A DNA stretch of 64,000 nt from Ancylonema sp. Its lineage: Eukaryota. This document shows, one piece after another, positions 25,298-38,619 of the stretch. Each line of letters opens with the position of its first letter. Position 1 is the first letter of the stretch. The DNA is taken from positions 62,001 through 126,000 of the forward strand of contig JBFLGF010000015.1 of the NCBI GenBank assembly GCA_050230475.1, in the 5' to 3' direction. Made by a program: the position numbers and the translations under genes. The notes under the pieces are model-generated. The model was not told the DNA's origin, did no database searches, and saw only the letters and a program-made list of their open reading frames with translations.

Positions 25298-25525
25298 AAT
25301 TCACTACTTAACGCTGAGGGCAAGCTAACAGATGTACTACAACACTAAAGTCGTAGAAAATACTGTAACACAAACAAGATAGTCTAGTGCAGACTATCAA
25401 GGTTAACAACCGTAATAGTTACTTTCGGTGCGAAAGTAAAAGTATCGACGGCGCGTCGACAAAAGATGCTGGCTCAGAAAGAAAGTCAGCAGACAGGTGT
25501 AAACAACAATTGCTGGCTCGGCTCT
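25298..25525 (-). repeat. Fragment of F-family LTR
   Basis: aattcactacttaacgctgagggcaagctaacagatg matches ~51742 onward, without the MITE insert found there. Confidence 0.65.
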
Positions 25526-25914
25526 TAGAGTGGGCTGGTGCTCCACTTCTATACGTCTAGGCTTGGACTCTTGTATTCACTTTCCGACAAAATTTTCCGG
25601 ACGACTCAATTCGATATCTTGTATACGTGCCATTTGTGATTCTCTACGCAATTTGTTATTCTGTCGTAGCTGGAACGCCTCTGATCTTGCTTGTGTGCTA
25701 GTTACGCTTCGCACTTTCGGCACCCAGAGCTAACCTTGCTTTGGATAGTTAGTTGAAACATTTGGCACTTGTTGTGCTTGGGGTGATCCGTTGGGGTATA
25801 TTGGCTTTAGGGGTAATAGTATGATCGATGGGTGGTGCGTGTTTTCATCTGGGAACGATTTGGAAGTACGATTTAAACCTTCAAATTTATAGTTGTGTAC
25901 AATGCGAGGCATTG

Positions 25915-26726
25915 CATGCGTTTTTGTGGGTATATGATAGACGATGCGTTGCTATACGTCACACCCCCAAGCAGATGGCCTATCGGAGCGCACGGTTTAG
26001 ACCATGATGCAAGGAATGTGGAAGACCCTCCTGGAGCGTTGTGCCACTGAGTGGGATGTGGTGCTGCCCTAGGCAAGGCGTGGCAATGGGCTACCGGAAA
26101 ACACTGTCGAAGTCCCTAGGTTATTCCCCTTACTACATCCTCTATCGGCTGCATCCCATCTTCCCATCCTAGGTTTAAAACCTAGAGCATGAGCCGCTGC
26201 CCAACGTGGATGACCTAGAGGCGGTCCGCCTGTTCATCGATGAGAGGAGTCAAGTGTTTCGGCAGAACCTTCCTCTTGCTATGAGGAACCTGGCCATCGC
26301 TCAACACCGAGATAAGACACGCTTCCGTCTTGTGAACACACCCACTTGGGATTGAGAGAAGGAATTGTGGGGGCCGGGGATTTTGTGCAGGTGAAAATGC
26401 AAAAAGTGGCCTCCCTGGACGTCCCCACACGTCCCCACATTCTGAAAGTGGTGCGGCTGAAGGAGTGTGGAATGGTGGTGCTGCAATACCAAAATAAGGG
26501 CCAGAATGGCGCAACGTTGGCGCAAAGTTTGCCAATTGTGGACAAGAAAATATACCGTGAGCGTTGTTTCAGCGGGGACAAGACAAGTTGTCGGGAATGT
26601 TGCAAAAAGAAAAACAAGGAAGCCATGGTGCTTTGTGACCGGTGTTAGCACGCATTCCATACTTGGTGCCTGACACCCCCTCCGCGAGATATTCCTCTAG
26701 GAGCATGGGTTTGTTCTTATCATTAG
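25915..26726 (+). pseudogene. Ty3/gypsy integrase C-terminal half fused to a PHD finger (degenerate)
   Basis: HPQADGLSER, WDVVLP, LGYSPYYILY, GDFVQVK, then CREC..MVLCDRC*HAFHTWCLTPP..IPLGAWVCSYH at 26589-26726. G-rich PPT-like runs lie downstream. Confidence 0.85.
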
Positions 26727-29299
26727 GGCCCTGAGTGGAAGTGGGTGCTCAGAGGGGGGGAAGGAGTGATTGGGAGTTGGGTGGCCCAGGGTGGGGGCAC
26801 TTGTTTTTTAGAACCTAAGCTTGTGTGCATTTCATTTCCCATGCTTAGGGGGGGGGAGTTAAAACGTTTGGAGCCTTGTGATGAGATGTTTGATGGATGA
26901 AACTTGTGATGTATGGAAAACTTGTGCTGAGGCCTAAAGGGGTAATGCGATTTGTCGAGTTATGATGTATCAATTTTAGATACCAAACTGGGAGTTTGGG
27001 TGTATTGTGTAGTTTGTGATGGTGTGGTTAAGCTTGCTAGTAACGATCCAAATCGATACGACAACTGTCATAGTGAATGACATCGCGTGCTTATAACGGG
27101 TGTTCAACACTGTTATATGAAGTTAGGAGCATTTAAGACGTTAGTAGTTAAGTTTACCGTTGGAGCGGGACAAATGTCCTGAGAGCTTATGTTGAGAAAC
27201 TGAGATCATAAAGCCGCCGTCATCCGTCTTTGTGAGGGTTGGCTCTGATTGGCTCCCTAGGATTCTATGTCTTGCCATAAGTATTAAGTCGATAGCCGCC
27301 AAATTTAACCAACAAGGTGCCACTGTCACGCGTGCTCTTCGAGCCCTTTGGTGCCCTCCTATGCAAGGGTGTGAGCGTGGAATCAAATCCAAGGTGATGT
27401 TTGATATGAGTGTTTTGATTTATAATTAATATACTGATACGGTGCCCCTTCATCACATTTTTTTGAGCCTCCCATGATAATCATTTCAACATTATATTGT
27501 AACCTATGGAAAATGAAAAAACATGGAGTACTTATAACCATTCCAAATGACCTAGTTCATTTTCTCAAGTGATAGCCTTCGAAAGTGGTGTATGATGCAT
27601 TGCAAGTTTTATTTACTTATTTGATAGGTCTAACATTTTTGTTGACATGTTCACAAGACGTGAGGTAGCCTGTTACGCGCAAAAAAATGGCTTCCGGAGT
27701 TTTTTCTCCACGGAAATCACATTAAAACCCCCAAACACCGACATTGCCCTAAACAGCCGGTCCGAATTTTGGACCCAAAAGGACGGACCCCGGTCCGGAG
27801 TCGGGGCCTCGGGACCCCGGTGCGCCGGTCCGTGCAACTATGGTGGAAACATGTGGAGGCTTGAAATTTATCGCCTCGGACAAGCCATTTAGATTCGTGA
27901 GGATTTCGATGATGTATTCTAGTCTTTCACTACCTAAGACATGATAAGTTTTGGCGAATTAACGTGTCTTTGTTTGAACCATTTTTGTAAAAAGTACTCT
28001 TTCAAGAACAAGACTGTAATTTGCGCCATGATACGACATTTCGTCTTCATAGCGTTGGTATCGCGAACGCTATAGAGACGATCGATATGTTTGAAAAGTG
28101 TTGGGTGTCGGAGTCACTTACGGTTTCATGTTATTAACCTTCTCTTGTTGGGACGAGTATAACTTACTAGTGCGCCGGTTAAGAGCACCCTGAATAGGCA
28201 AATATACGGAGTAAAATTAAAGCGCATGACCGTGTCCCTTCTTCCTTCCCTTCTCCTATAAATATTGTTGTGTGAGGTATGCAACCGGGATTCGAGCTTA
28301 CGTGGCCCCTCAACCTCTTCCAAGAATCTGCATATTATGTGAATGTCTTGCCGTACCTTGAAATTCAAGGTGTCATTTCTTGCTCCTCTCTCCAACTCAA
28401 GGACTTCGTTTTTAACGTTGTGGAACCCCCCTTGTAGTCATAATTTTATCATTCTTCTTTTCCAATTTGGTTGCTACGATGGAACAAAATCCCAATTGAG
28501 TGTTTTCTCTTCCCGCAAGTCACATTCGCGTGGTTTGTAAATTTGGGAGGACACACCGGGAAAATAGTATTGTGTGTTTACTCAAAACACTAGCTTGTGC
28601 GTTGCCAGCCCCTCCCGTGGGATTGACCTGAAGCTACGTCGTGTGTGGTCCTTCACATACCAGGGAGTCGTGTCCCACATCGCCACGTTCCCTACTTGCG
28701 AGTGTGGGAGATTCGAGGTGCACTTGTCATTGTCAATCGAATCGGTGTAACGAATCAAGCATCGATTCTACCCGGGTGTACCACAATAACATCACCTTAC
28801 TCACACGTGTACATTTCCGGTTCGAGATGCACGTCACACTATATCATAATCAATGTATCCGCACATGTTCTTCAAAAGAAAAAACGCCACAAGTTCAATG
28901 TACCTACGATACCAGATTCTACTTTTGGGAGCTTTCATTGCTAGTTCCCCGACGAATTTCAAACATAAAAATCTGTGGGCTGGCTGTGGTTCACCGCCAT
29001 TAAGACACATTGATACATGTGACACCATCACCCTTCACCCATGAATTTTTGCGTACAGTATTAACCTAACTTTCCAATCCCTCACACCTTAGTTGACATG
29101 TGGTACACACATGGAACAAACATACAACTCTTGCCAAAAATCTTTCCGCATCGGTGTTAGAGCTCTTTATACAACATAGAAGTTCCTCTCGGAGACAAAA
29201 GGTCCGATCCAAGGTCTTAGGGCCACAAGCCACAAGCCACATCCTCAAATCTAGCCTCAAATCGCATCCTGCCTCAGCATTCAATTTCTGAACTGCATA

Positions 29300-32231
29300 T
29301 CACTTCTGGAAGTTGATGGAATATGAGCCTGTGGAGGGATCTTTAACGGCCTTGAAGTTGTCCACACTCATCCCGAAATGTCCCAAAAGCGAGTTCCCCA
29401 AGTCCTTCAACTTCCCTGTCACCGGCAGAGCCCCATGACACGGTTTGTGAAAATTCATTTACATCACACTTATTGCAAATTTTGCATGTCAGCGTGATGC
29501 TGCGCAATACACTTGACAGAAGCGAAACTGCAAACCTCTCTGAATTTGATTATGCCAAAACCAAGAAGACCATAAAAAGTAGTATGTCCGGATGAGAGTA
29601 CACAGCAGTATCGACTGTTGTCTCCTTGTAAATATTTCTCATGTTTTATATAATGCGTGTATAACGGCCCTTGAAAGATTCGATAGAACGGTTCTTGAAA
29701 GGAAACGCTTTTTATAACGCATTCACTCCACACAGCATGCGACTTTGGCATGACGACAATGAGCTCTCTACAACAAAAGAACCCCCTGTCAAGGATTACG
29801 ATCGATAAAAAACAAGAGTTCATCCTGAGCATGTTGCACATCACTCAATTCTACTGAGAACCACCACCAGACAGACGATTCTCTATCACACATAACCTAT
29901 CAGTGATGCCATGAACATAACAATCCGAATACGCGAATAAGGACAGGTGTCACCCCAGATTGGCTCCCTGACAACCGCATGCAAGATATCCCCCGAAGTT
30001 CTGGTGCTCACCCAGCATGTCATCCTTCATCTTCTCCCGTTTCTCGTTCACAATCGGTTCCAGTCTGGCCACAGCCGCTGCCGCCACCCGGTTCCCCACC
30101 TCAAACTCCACCACCTTCTTCATATCTGCACCACCCTCACAGTCACCACCGTCCAATCACAATCTCTCACACACACATCCACCCACTCACTCACCATATT
30201 TCTCACAAACTTCCGACTACAAACTATGTGTGACAGGGAAGGCACACGTACCGCCTCGCAAGTCCCAAACGCGGTATAGGAAAAAACAGGTTTTCTGTTC
30301 TCACTCTCTTCCCATCCACTCGCTGCCTCCCATCTCCCCTATGATGCCATTCTAATTCCTGTATCGACGGATGCAATTCTCATGACGCAGTTTCACGGTG
30401 ACCCACCATTCAAATGGAACGACAACCTGGAACCGGTAAGCAGAAGACGCAGTCCTACAACATGACACAACTGTCCTAGTACCTTAGACTCAAAACCGTA
30501 GATGAGATTCTGTGTCACACTCACGGGAAATTATTTCCAACACCCATTCTTGCCAACACCCCTTCCAGCCAGATGCAGCATGAAACTCAGCTTTCTAGCC
30601 TCTACCTCACTGAACATCCCTGCATCCTTTTCCTGCCAAAAATCACCGTCACTTCATGCCCACTGTAAAAGTATCACATAGGGCCAGACATCATGTGTCA
30701 TGTACAGTTGAGCAAGCCTGGGGAGATGAGCCTCGTACAGCTACGTTCACACTACAGTGTGCATGTGAATCTGTGGGGTAGGCATGTCATTGTCCCAGAA
30801 GCATTCATCCACGCATGTTCCAACAGTTGTATGTATGCGTTGATGTGATTCAGAGGCAACTTTGGATTCGCCCACCTGCCAGAGCTTCCTCTTGATGGTC
30901 TAAATGCTCTTGAGCCTGGCTCCTCTTCATAAGTGCCTTCACATACTCGGGCTTCAGCTCCAACGCTGAACTGAATTCCTTCACAGCCTCCTCATACGCT
31001 TCCTGCGGGACAGTCAAACCTCTGAATAGGCACCCTTTGTATAGGCACATCCTCTTGAAAGACACCACAATTTGTCACTAACCAGATATTGACTGGAGCA
31101 GCACGACACAATTTCACCCTCCTCATGATAGTTGCGACCATGCAGCACTTTCCAGTTGCAACCCTCGGCAACTCTAGATATGATCTTCTTCTGGTTTGTA
31201 CTTGAAAGGCAGACAGACTTCATGAAGCTGAGAGATACTGGAGAGATGAACAAAAACATGGAAATATAAAGGGGGGGGGGGGAATAGGGTGCATGAGTGC
31301 AATCGCTCGTTGTAAGCCAAACGAAATAGAAACAAGAATTAAAGACAGAACAATTAAGTTGAAAGTGGGTGAAAGTGAGGTGCACGTTCCATATTTTGTT
31401 AGGCCGGGTGCCCTCTCTCATCATAAGAAGTTGTGAAACCAGTTGTAAGCAGGCTCAGAGTTCAGTATCTTTCTGAAACTGACTAGAACAGTACGCATCC
31501 AGATTTACTGATGAGAATTCGTTGATGCTTCAAAGAGAGGTAGCAGAGGAATCATTCTGTTTACCAGATGGATATGGCATATGCCACTGTTTGAATGAAT
31601 GGCAGCCTTCAAATCCACTGGAAGCTCCTCTGCAGGGACAGTTTCTAAAGCTGCTCTGTACCTCTCCAGAGCTTCCCGATATAGCCCCTTTCCGAACAGC
31701 TCATAGCCAGCAGCTTTCAAACCCTCTGCTTCTGCCAGGTTGCTCTGTCACCATATAAACCGTACCCTCGCAACCCCTTCAGGGTTTGCTGCCAGATCCA
31801 GCGAAATCCAGCGACTCAACAATCTGCATTCTCCGTTGCATTCCGTCGCACGCCATTATCTCAAGCATTCGATGTTTCTGCCCGGATAAAATATGTCTGC
31901 ACTCGATTCAACGATCATGACCTAATACTTCTAAACAGATTTATGTTAACCAAGTCAATCAGCATGCGTCGAAGTGAGATGGATAACAGCTGGGATGCTT
32001 CCAAACATGCGCCCTTAGTACCTTTCTCAGATCTTCCTGCGAAAATGCATCTTCAAATGTTTCCTCCGAAGCTACTGTCTCCGTCCCGCTGCCCGTGTGC
32101 TCCTTCCTTCGTACAAAGTCCCCACCTTCTCCATGATGTGGCGTGCTAGCAGATTCAGTGTCACCGGTAGACCCGTGCTGATCAGTTGGCGCCGGAGCTT
32201 CGGCAATCTCAGTGTCTGTGATAACTGCCAT
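29300..32231 (-). CDS. TTC1: Tetratricopeptide repeat protein 1 (TTC1/TPR1-like co-chaperone), 5 exons, ~248 aa
   Basis: Exons 32231-32022, 31744-31565, 31002-30876, 30125-30012 and 29415-29300 join in frame with GT-AG introns. Three TPRs (ALELKPEYVKAL) and the diagnostic C-terminus MLGKLKDLGNSLLGHFGMSVDNFKAVKDPSTGSYSINFQK. Confidence 0.92.
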
Positions 32232-33085
32232 GGGGCGGAATTCGTGCGAAAAGATGCCTCGTCGACACGTGGTCTGATTATAAGTGATAAGGATGGAAGA
32301 TGAGGCGCCAATAAAGATTCAGAGAACTAGAAGGGGCGAATTAGCTTATCTCTTTCGCTTCTCGAGAAATAAGGAAGTTGTGGTATTTGATATGTCTGAC
32401 TACAACCTGCCTCTATTGTTACGATTGTACCTTAGTTGACAGCGTACTCTAAAGATTGAATGAAAGTCAATAACTATGCAACTGATCGAATCTAGATCCC
32501 GGTCGAAGTGATTATAATCAGAAGATATGAACATAGGATCATAACAACATAATCTAAAATATAATTTATTTTTCTGATATTTCAAAAGCACGTACAGATT
32601 CAATCTGGCGTTCTATGTACATTCACTCCGACTCGCTCCAATGCTTTTTTTTTCAAGAGAAGACTAGAGGATTTAGAAAAAAAATACAGATCGAATCGTG
32701 GTAGCGCTCGTCCTTCTACCGCTATACTGAACGATCAGTACCCGTAATTGGTAGGTTCCGGTCTTACTGTGACCGGTGACTAGAAAAACACCGGTCATGA
32801 TAACTGATGTAACCGGAGATCCGGTAAGCTTTTCTGGACGATCTTGAAAGCAGTCGCTGTCGTCTTAGTCACAGTTTCGTTTTAGTCACATGTTCTCTGT
32901 TGTCCCCTTGCCTCGACTACTCAGCCTGACCACTGCCTTCTGCAACTGGCAGTAGTGGAGTACCAGCAACGCTTACTTCAATCTCTTTCCAGAGTGTCAC
33001 AACTCATTACATTCTACGTATATTATCTAGGTGTTTTTTTAAGGTTGATTCTTGACTGCATGCGCTGCGTTTGAGTTCCGTCTTC

Positions 33086-35837
33086 ATGGCAATCGGTTCA
33101 AGGACAATTGTGGCTGCTTTGTTGACTCTTTGTGTTTCTATGTTAGTCTCAGACCCTTTTCAACTCAGTCCCATTGCCCAATTTAAATTTACACCTCGAA
33201 CAGTCTCGTTACCTGACTTTTCATCTTTCAATGTTCAGCGGGATATTAAAAATACCTTGCAGCACGCTGAAGTCAAGTTCAGAAACGAGATCTTTGGTCC
33301 CGAGAGCATCGCCTTTGATCCGTCTGGAGGCGGCCCTTATACTGGAATTGGTGATGGCAGAGTCGTGAAGTGGAATGGAAGCGAGTTGGAAACATTTGCA
33401 GTCACGTCTCCATACCGGTATACTTCCTGCAATACATACGAGCATCATCTCGTAAAATCTACGTAATTTTTTTTTACTAGTGAACTTTGCCGTATATTAG
33501 AAATGCAAGTTTTTCTCTAAGTGGTTGGTAGATTGTCAATTTGTGGACGTGTCCAGAGCAATTTGACATCTTCTATGAGAGATATTTTATTGGGACACAT
33601 GATCCATGTTTCATTACGGATAGCACAACAGGGTTGTCCATTCAGTTTGATTTTGTCTAGCCTGGCTGACCAATGACCAGATACAAGACATATTAACGCG
33701 TGAAATACGCCACCAGATTGCTTATCACTTCTACATAAGAGAATCGAAGCACTGTATAAGCACTCGCGTCTGGTGAACTGAATGCGGTCTCCGCAGCGCT
33801 TTCCTGTACTAAAAGATGCGAGGCATGTGAATCATGGCACAGAAATTCTCCAGAGTGCGACCTGTTTGTTCCTGGACCAAACCTGCCTCTCGAGCATGTC
33901 TGCGGGCGACCTTTGGGACTCCGTTTTCATCCCAAAACGCGGGAGCTCTACATCTGCGACGCCTATGTTGGATTGATGGTCGTTGGACCTGAAGGCGGCC
34001 AAGCCAAGGTCCTTGCCAACCAGTCTGACGGCGTTCCCTTCACGTTCACAACTGATTTGGATATAGCTGCCGATGGCACCATCTACTTCACTGTCACCAG
34101 CACTAAGTATCAACGACGGTAAGATTCAGCTGACTTTTTCACACAAGAGCGAGTGAAGCTTGCACAACAACGGTTGCCTCTGATGGCATTGTCTCCTCCC
34201 TAGCACTATCAAAAGTAGATGAAATTATCTCAGCCCGGGTCACTTTAAACACAATCCGAAGTGCCTAAGCTCAGTATTTGGTCAACACACTTGGTGGAAT
34301 TCTACATCTCTCTTGCAGCTAGAGCTGAGCAATTGCCATTGTCATCAATCGTGGAATTCAAATGTATGTTGCCACCCTTCAGGCAACAATTGAATTAATG
34401 GAGGCTGCCTTTCTATGACAAAGGAAGACCACCAGCACCAGTAGCTCTTTGTCGAGGCCTTTTTTACACACAAGATAGTGCCTCGTCTGTTCGTTGTTGC
34501 CTTCTTATTGCTTTGGTGGTGCAGAAACTTCATCCTCAACTTCATCGAAAATGGTGGCGGTGGGCTCTTACTCAAGTATGACCCAAGCACCAAGACCACT
34601 ACAGTCCTACTTGAAGACCTCTCTTGTCCGAATGGAGTCTCCATCTCAAAAGATGGATCATTCCTTCTATTTTGCGAGACATCGCTTCTCAGGTGAGAGG
34701 AGAGAGCATGTGCTCTCCGTGCTTACGGGGTTATATAACATTTTTTTTTTTTTTAACGGACATTTGTCATCTGCATTTGTCATCCGTGCAATTCTGAAAT
34801 TCCGAATTTTTATGGCTGGGTCAAAGCAGGCAAACCTTGGTGTACGTGAAAGCTAAGGGGGAGGCGAATGTTGCTTGTGTTAGATCCCTTTGTTCATGAA
34901 CTTCCACAGTCCCTCCATTGACTAGGTGTACCCTTCGTTGTAGAACACCGGTGTTTTCAATACGTACACATAATTATTTGTGGAAGTCTTATTTTGCCTA
35001 CCTAATGTGAGACAAGGGTGCCTTTCCCAATTCCGAATGACAGTGGCTCAATGGTCGTAGTTTTTCTCAAGAAAGCCTGTTCCTTGAAGAAAAACGATAC
35101 AAATGTGCTTGGATATGCTTTTTTGTGAACATACGGTCGGCATGGAAATGAACCCCTCTATTCATGTTCGCCCCTCCCAAAAAATTGCGCTGACTACACC
35201 AGGGTCCAAAAGTATTGGGTGGAAGGTCCAAAGGCGGGGATCGCTGAAGTCTTGGCAAACTTGCCAGGTCTTCCGGACAACATTCGGTTAAATCCGAGAG
35301 GACATTTTTGGATTGGCATACATTCGTGGACGAACCCCGTTCTTGGTATGTCTTTGAAGTTGGTCTATTTTTGCTCATTCTATACGATCATTGTGGTAGC
35401 ACATTTTTTCGTGCTATACATAGCTGAAGCAACCTGGCTACCTAGGCAACTGCAACAATACTATGTGTGTTGCGCAATCCTCGAAGCAACTCACTCAGTT
35501 TGTTATCATTGATAGTGAAGGCTTTGGAAATAATTTGAGGTGATTTGTGTGTTGCGTTTCTTTTGTTTTTTGGATGGGCGTAGTGGCTTTGGCAGCTCGT
35601 CCGTGGTTGAGGGCGGCGTTGTTACGACTGCCGATCGATTTGAAGCTCGTCTACCTCTTGGGTTGTGGCTGGCCACACGGAGTTGTGATGGAGATCGATG
35701 AGACCGGAAGTATACAACGAGTACTGGAAGATGGGAAGGGAATCGTGGTAAAGGCACTCAGTGAAGTGGAGGAGCACAACAATCAGTTGTGGATGGGATC
35801 CGTCATTGTATCGCAAATCGCCGTTTTTGACTTGTGA
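33086..35837 (+). CDS. Strictosidine synthase-like (SSL/APMAP-type beta-propeller) protein, 5 exons, ~390 aa
   Basis: Exons 33086-33417, 33843-34118, 34525-34692, 35203-35345 and 35584-35837 join in frame. N-terminal hydrophobic anchor, GPESIAFD, CGRPLGLRF, PNGV, LPGLPDNIR, SEVEEHNNQLWMGS. Confidence 0.93.
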
Positions 35838-38318
35838 ACACCGCAATAATCATAACGTTGTAGAAAGCTTTGTTGTCCCTCCAGATTTGTGAATTTGCTG
35901 TATCAAACTGTATCGTTACATCATTCGGGTGGTGCTTGAGTTCGTGTACATTGCTTGCAACGTGTAAATAAAAACGGAATTATATGGACCAATTGTCTCT
36001 TGCCTATTATGTAGTAATATTGATACCAACGATTTGTCGAAGTTGAAGTCAAAGATAATGTTGTGCGACAAACCTTGTTGTGTTGGCTTTTTTTGTTTGC
36101 TTTTAAATTGTTGTCATTGCTCTTCGGGGCCTAAATCTAAGACTTTACCACCGTCTCCCTATGTCTCTACGAGTGACGGGTGATCAAATACCTCGTCCGA
36201 CCTTCCATGTTGGGTTGGAGCATGCGTCAAACATTTTTCAATGTCACCCCTTGTAGTGTACCCCACAATTTGCTCATTAACCTGCATAGAATCACCATCT
36301 CCATTGATTTCAAAATTGAGATTCCGAGTGTGATTCTGGCTCTTCTCCCATTCGTAGCATGTGGAGTCACTGAGGGGCTTTCTTACGATGCTAAGTTGCC
36401 TAATGTGGGTACTTGCGTCATATTCGAGTCAATAAACCTTATCGCCCACATTTCCGAACTATCCCAAATAACTTGCTAAGCGCCATAGTCTTGTGGGTTT
36501 CCACATGAATGGTGGGCACAATAGAGGCCTCCTATTGAGATGACCCGCACGAACCGTTAACAAACCCACACGTGTGAAGGAATAGAGCTTGCTAACAAGG
36601 CCAATTGCACGTGTTTGTTGCATCACAGGAACATTTGAATCCTATAACCATAATTGCCCAATCTAGTTTTTTTGAAATGTAACCGTATCCAAGATTGAAC
36701 CGTTTCGGAACCGGGAAAACCGGCTGGCTTTTAAAGTCCTCCTCATGTTCGCGATTAAATACATTTTCAAACTCAACCGAACGCACGCGGGAGTTTTTGG
36801 TTGCAAAAATGGAACACCGCAGTTACCCGTTACGTATGGTGTATATTTATAATATTTGTAGAGACATGTACGAATTTGAATATGGACTCTCATGTTTTTT
36901 CGAATTATTTTACACCATCCAAAAAAATGATGTATTTATGTTGGTTAGAAGCCTCACAAGGTCCTTTCGCATAATACGCATATGACACATGCTACCATTT
37001 ATCTAAAATGAAGGATGTGAAGGGCATGTTGTCATTGCTATGGACATGATGAGTCTATTTGATAGCAATCTAACAATGGACTTGAATATCACCATTTGCC
37101 TTTGCGTGAAAATGATGGAGACGTCATTGATATTTTATTCAACATACAAGAATAAATTACGAATAAATTGTGTGGTTACGGAACCAACCGAATTAGCAAC
37201 TTACATATTGGAATTGTAATTTATATTGTCCGAGGTGTAGATTTCCCGACATCTCCGGGAGGATGATCAATCAGTTATGAACTATAAGATATTGATAAAA
37301 AGCTTCTCCGTAGAAAGCATGCATGGCTCTAGCAAACAACTTAGAGACTCCGAGCAATATTCAGCACCTCTCTGCCCAACTCTATCCATAACCTGACGTA
37401 AGCGCACAACATATCCGAGTCAGCAGGTTGCATGACGAGCCCGCTATATTCGGAATATCGACAAACATATACATTAACGAAATACAACCCCAAACTAGAT
37501 ACCGATCAAGGAAAAACGTACCAATCACTTATACCAAATCTCAAACAATCTACCGATATAACGACACGTTCTCGACATGTTGATCAAAATATGAATCAAA
37601 ATCATCAAACAATGTTTCACGCATTATCCAATTACAAAACGAGGTACCTAGCAAAAAAAGAGGGGACCCTCATTCGCGTATAGATTAGTACAAGCATTCA
37701 TGGTTACGGATTTACAATTTTTCGAATGCATGTCATTTATTGATATTCTTTTTGGATTGAGAGAGTTAAAATGTCAAAGAAGTCAGTGGGCCTTGATGAA
37801 CATGCATGTCAAGTTGTATAGATTGTTTCCACTAACAAGTCTCGTTTTTCGAGCTACAATCCACTTTGTGGGGAGATGGTTTCTTCTAAGCTCCGATTCA
37901 AAAACGGTTCGGGGTTAATGCAATCTTGCCTAGAACACGTACGGTGCCAAGGAACCTCCCTATTGAAATTCGAAAACATAAACACCTCCCCTTCCGAGTC
38001 GATGACACGAGTTACCCGCTTCGAGTGATGTCTTCGCCATTTCGTGACTTTCTAAAAACTCACTGCTGAAAGTTATCACCTCTTGGGACCAAACAAAAAG
38101 ACATGAAGATAAATCACACCTATCATCGTCATCTATCATCTTCTTTAGTATTCGCGTGGCTTTGATGCGATGTTATGTACTTGACGACCAACGATACAAA
38201 ATACGCACAATACTATTAATTGATCAACGAATACGATCTGAGTTGAATATTTCAAAATTTACTCCTATGCTTAAATTTGTATTTCGTATAATATTTTAGG
38301 ATTAAAAATTTTGAAGTA

Positions 38319-38619
38319 CCGTGCCGGCCAGGTTTAATGCCCCACCCTACCCAGGATGGCAATAATAAGCCTTAGACCCACCAATCCGGCCACTCCCTCA
38401 GCAACCGGGAATTTACAATTTTTAAGTCCCAAAAACCGGGACGTACTAGGATTTTTTTTTTTTGAGAGATCGGAGATAAATACGAAATTTCCCCAAAATC
38501 CCGGGAATTACGGGAACTTAAGGCCCAGGACCGACCTAGAAATTACTAATAACGACCCGGGTTTTAGACCCGACGGAAAATCGGTTATTAAATCCGGGTC
38601 ATTAAATCTTGCGGCACGG
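38319..38619. mobile_element. MITE (Tc1/mariner-like) with ~25-bp imperfect TIRs
   Basis: Left (ta)ccgtgccggccaggtttaatgcccc versus right gggtcattaaatcttgcggcacgg; related to 50856-51111. Confidence 0.65.

Noticed and set aside
28100..29440. Possible LINE 3' remnant on the minus strand
   Set aside because: 29300-29415 is the last TTC1 exon and the adjacent DNA is probably 3' UTR; the remaining motif resemblance is too weak.
37227..37577. Possible solo LTR (tgtccgag...ctcgaca)
   Set aside because: No TSD and no second copy in the window.
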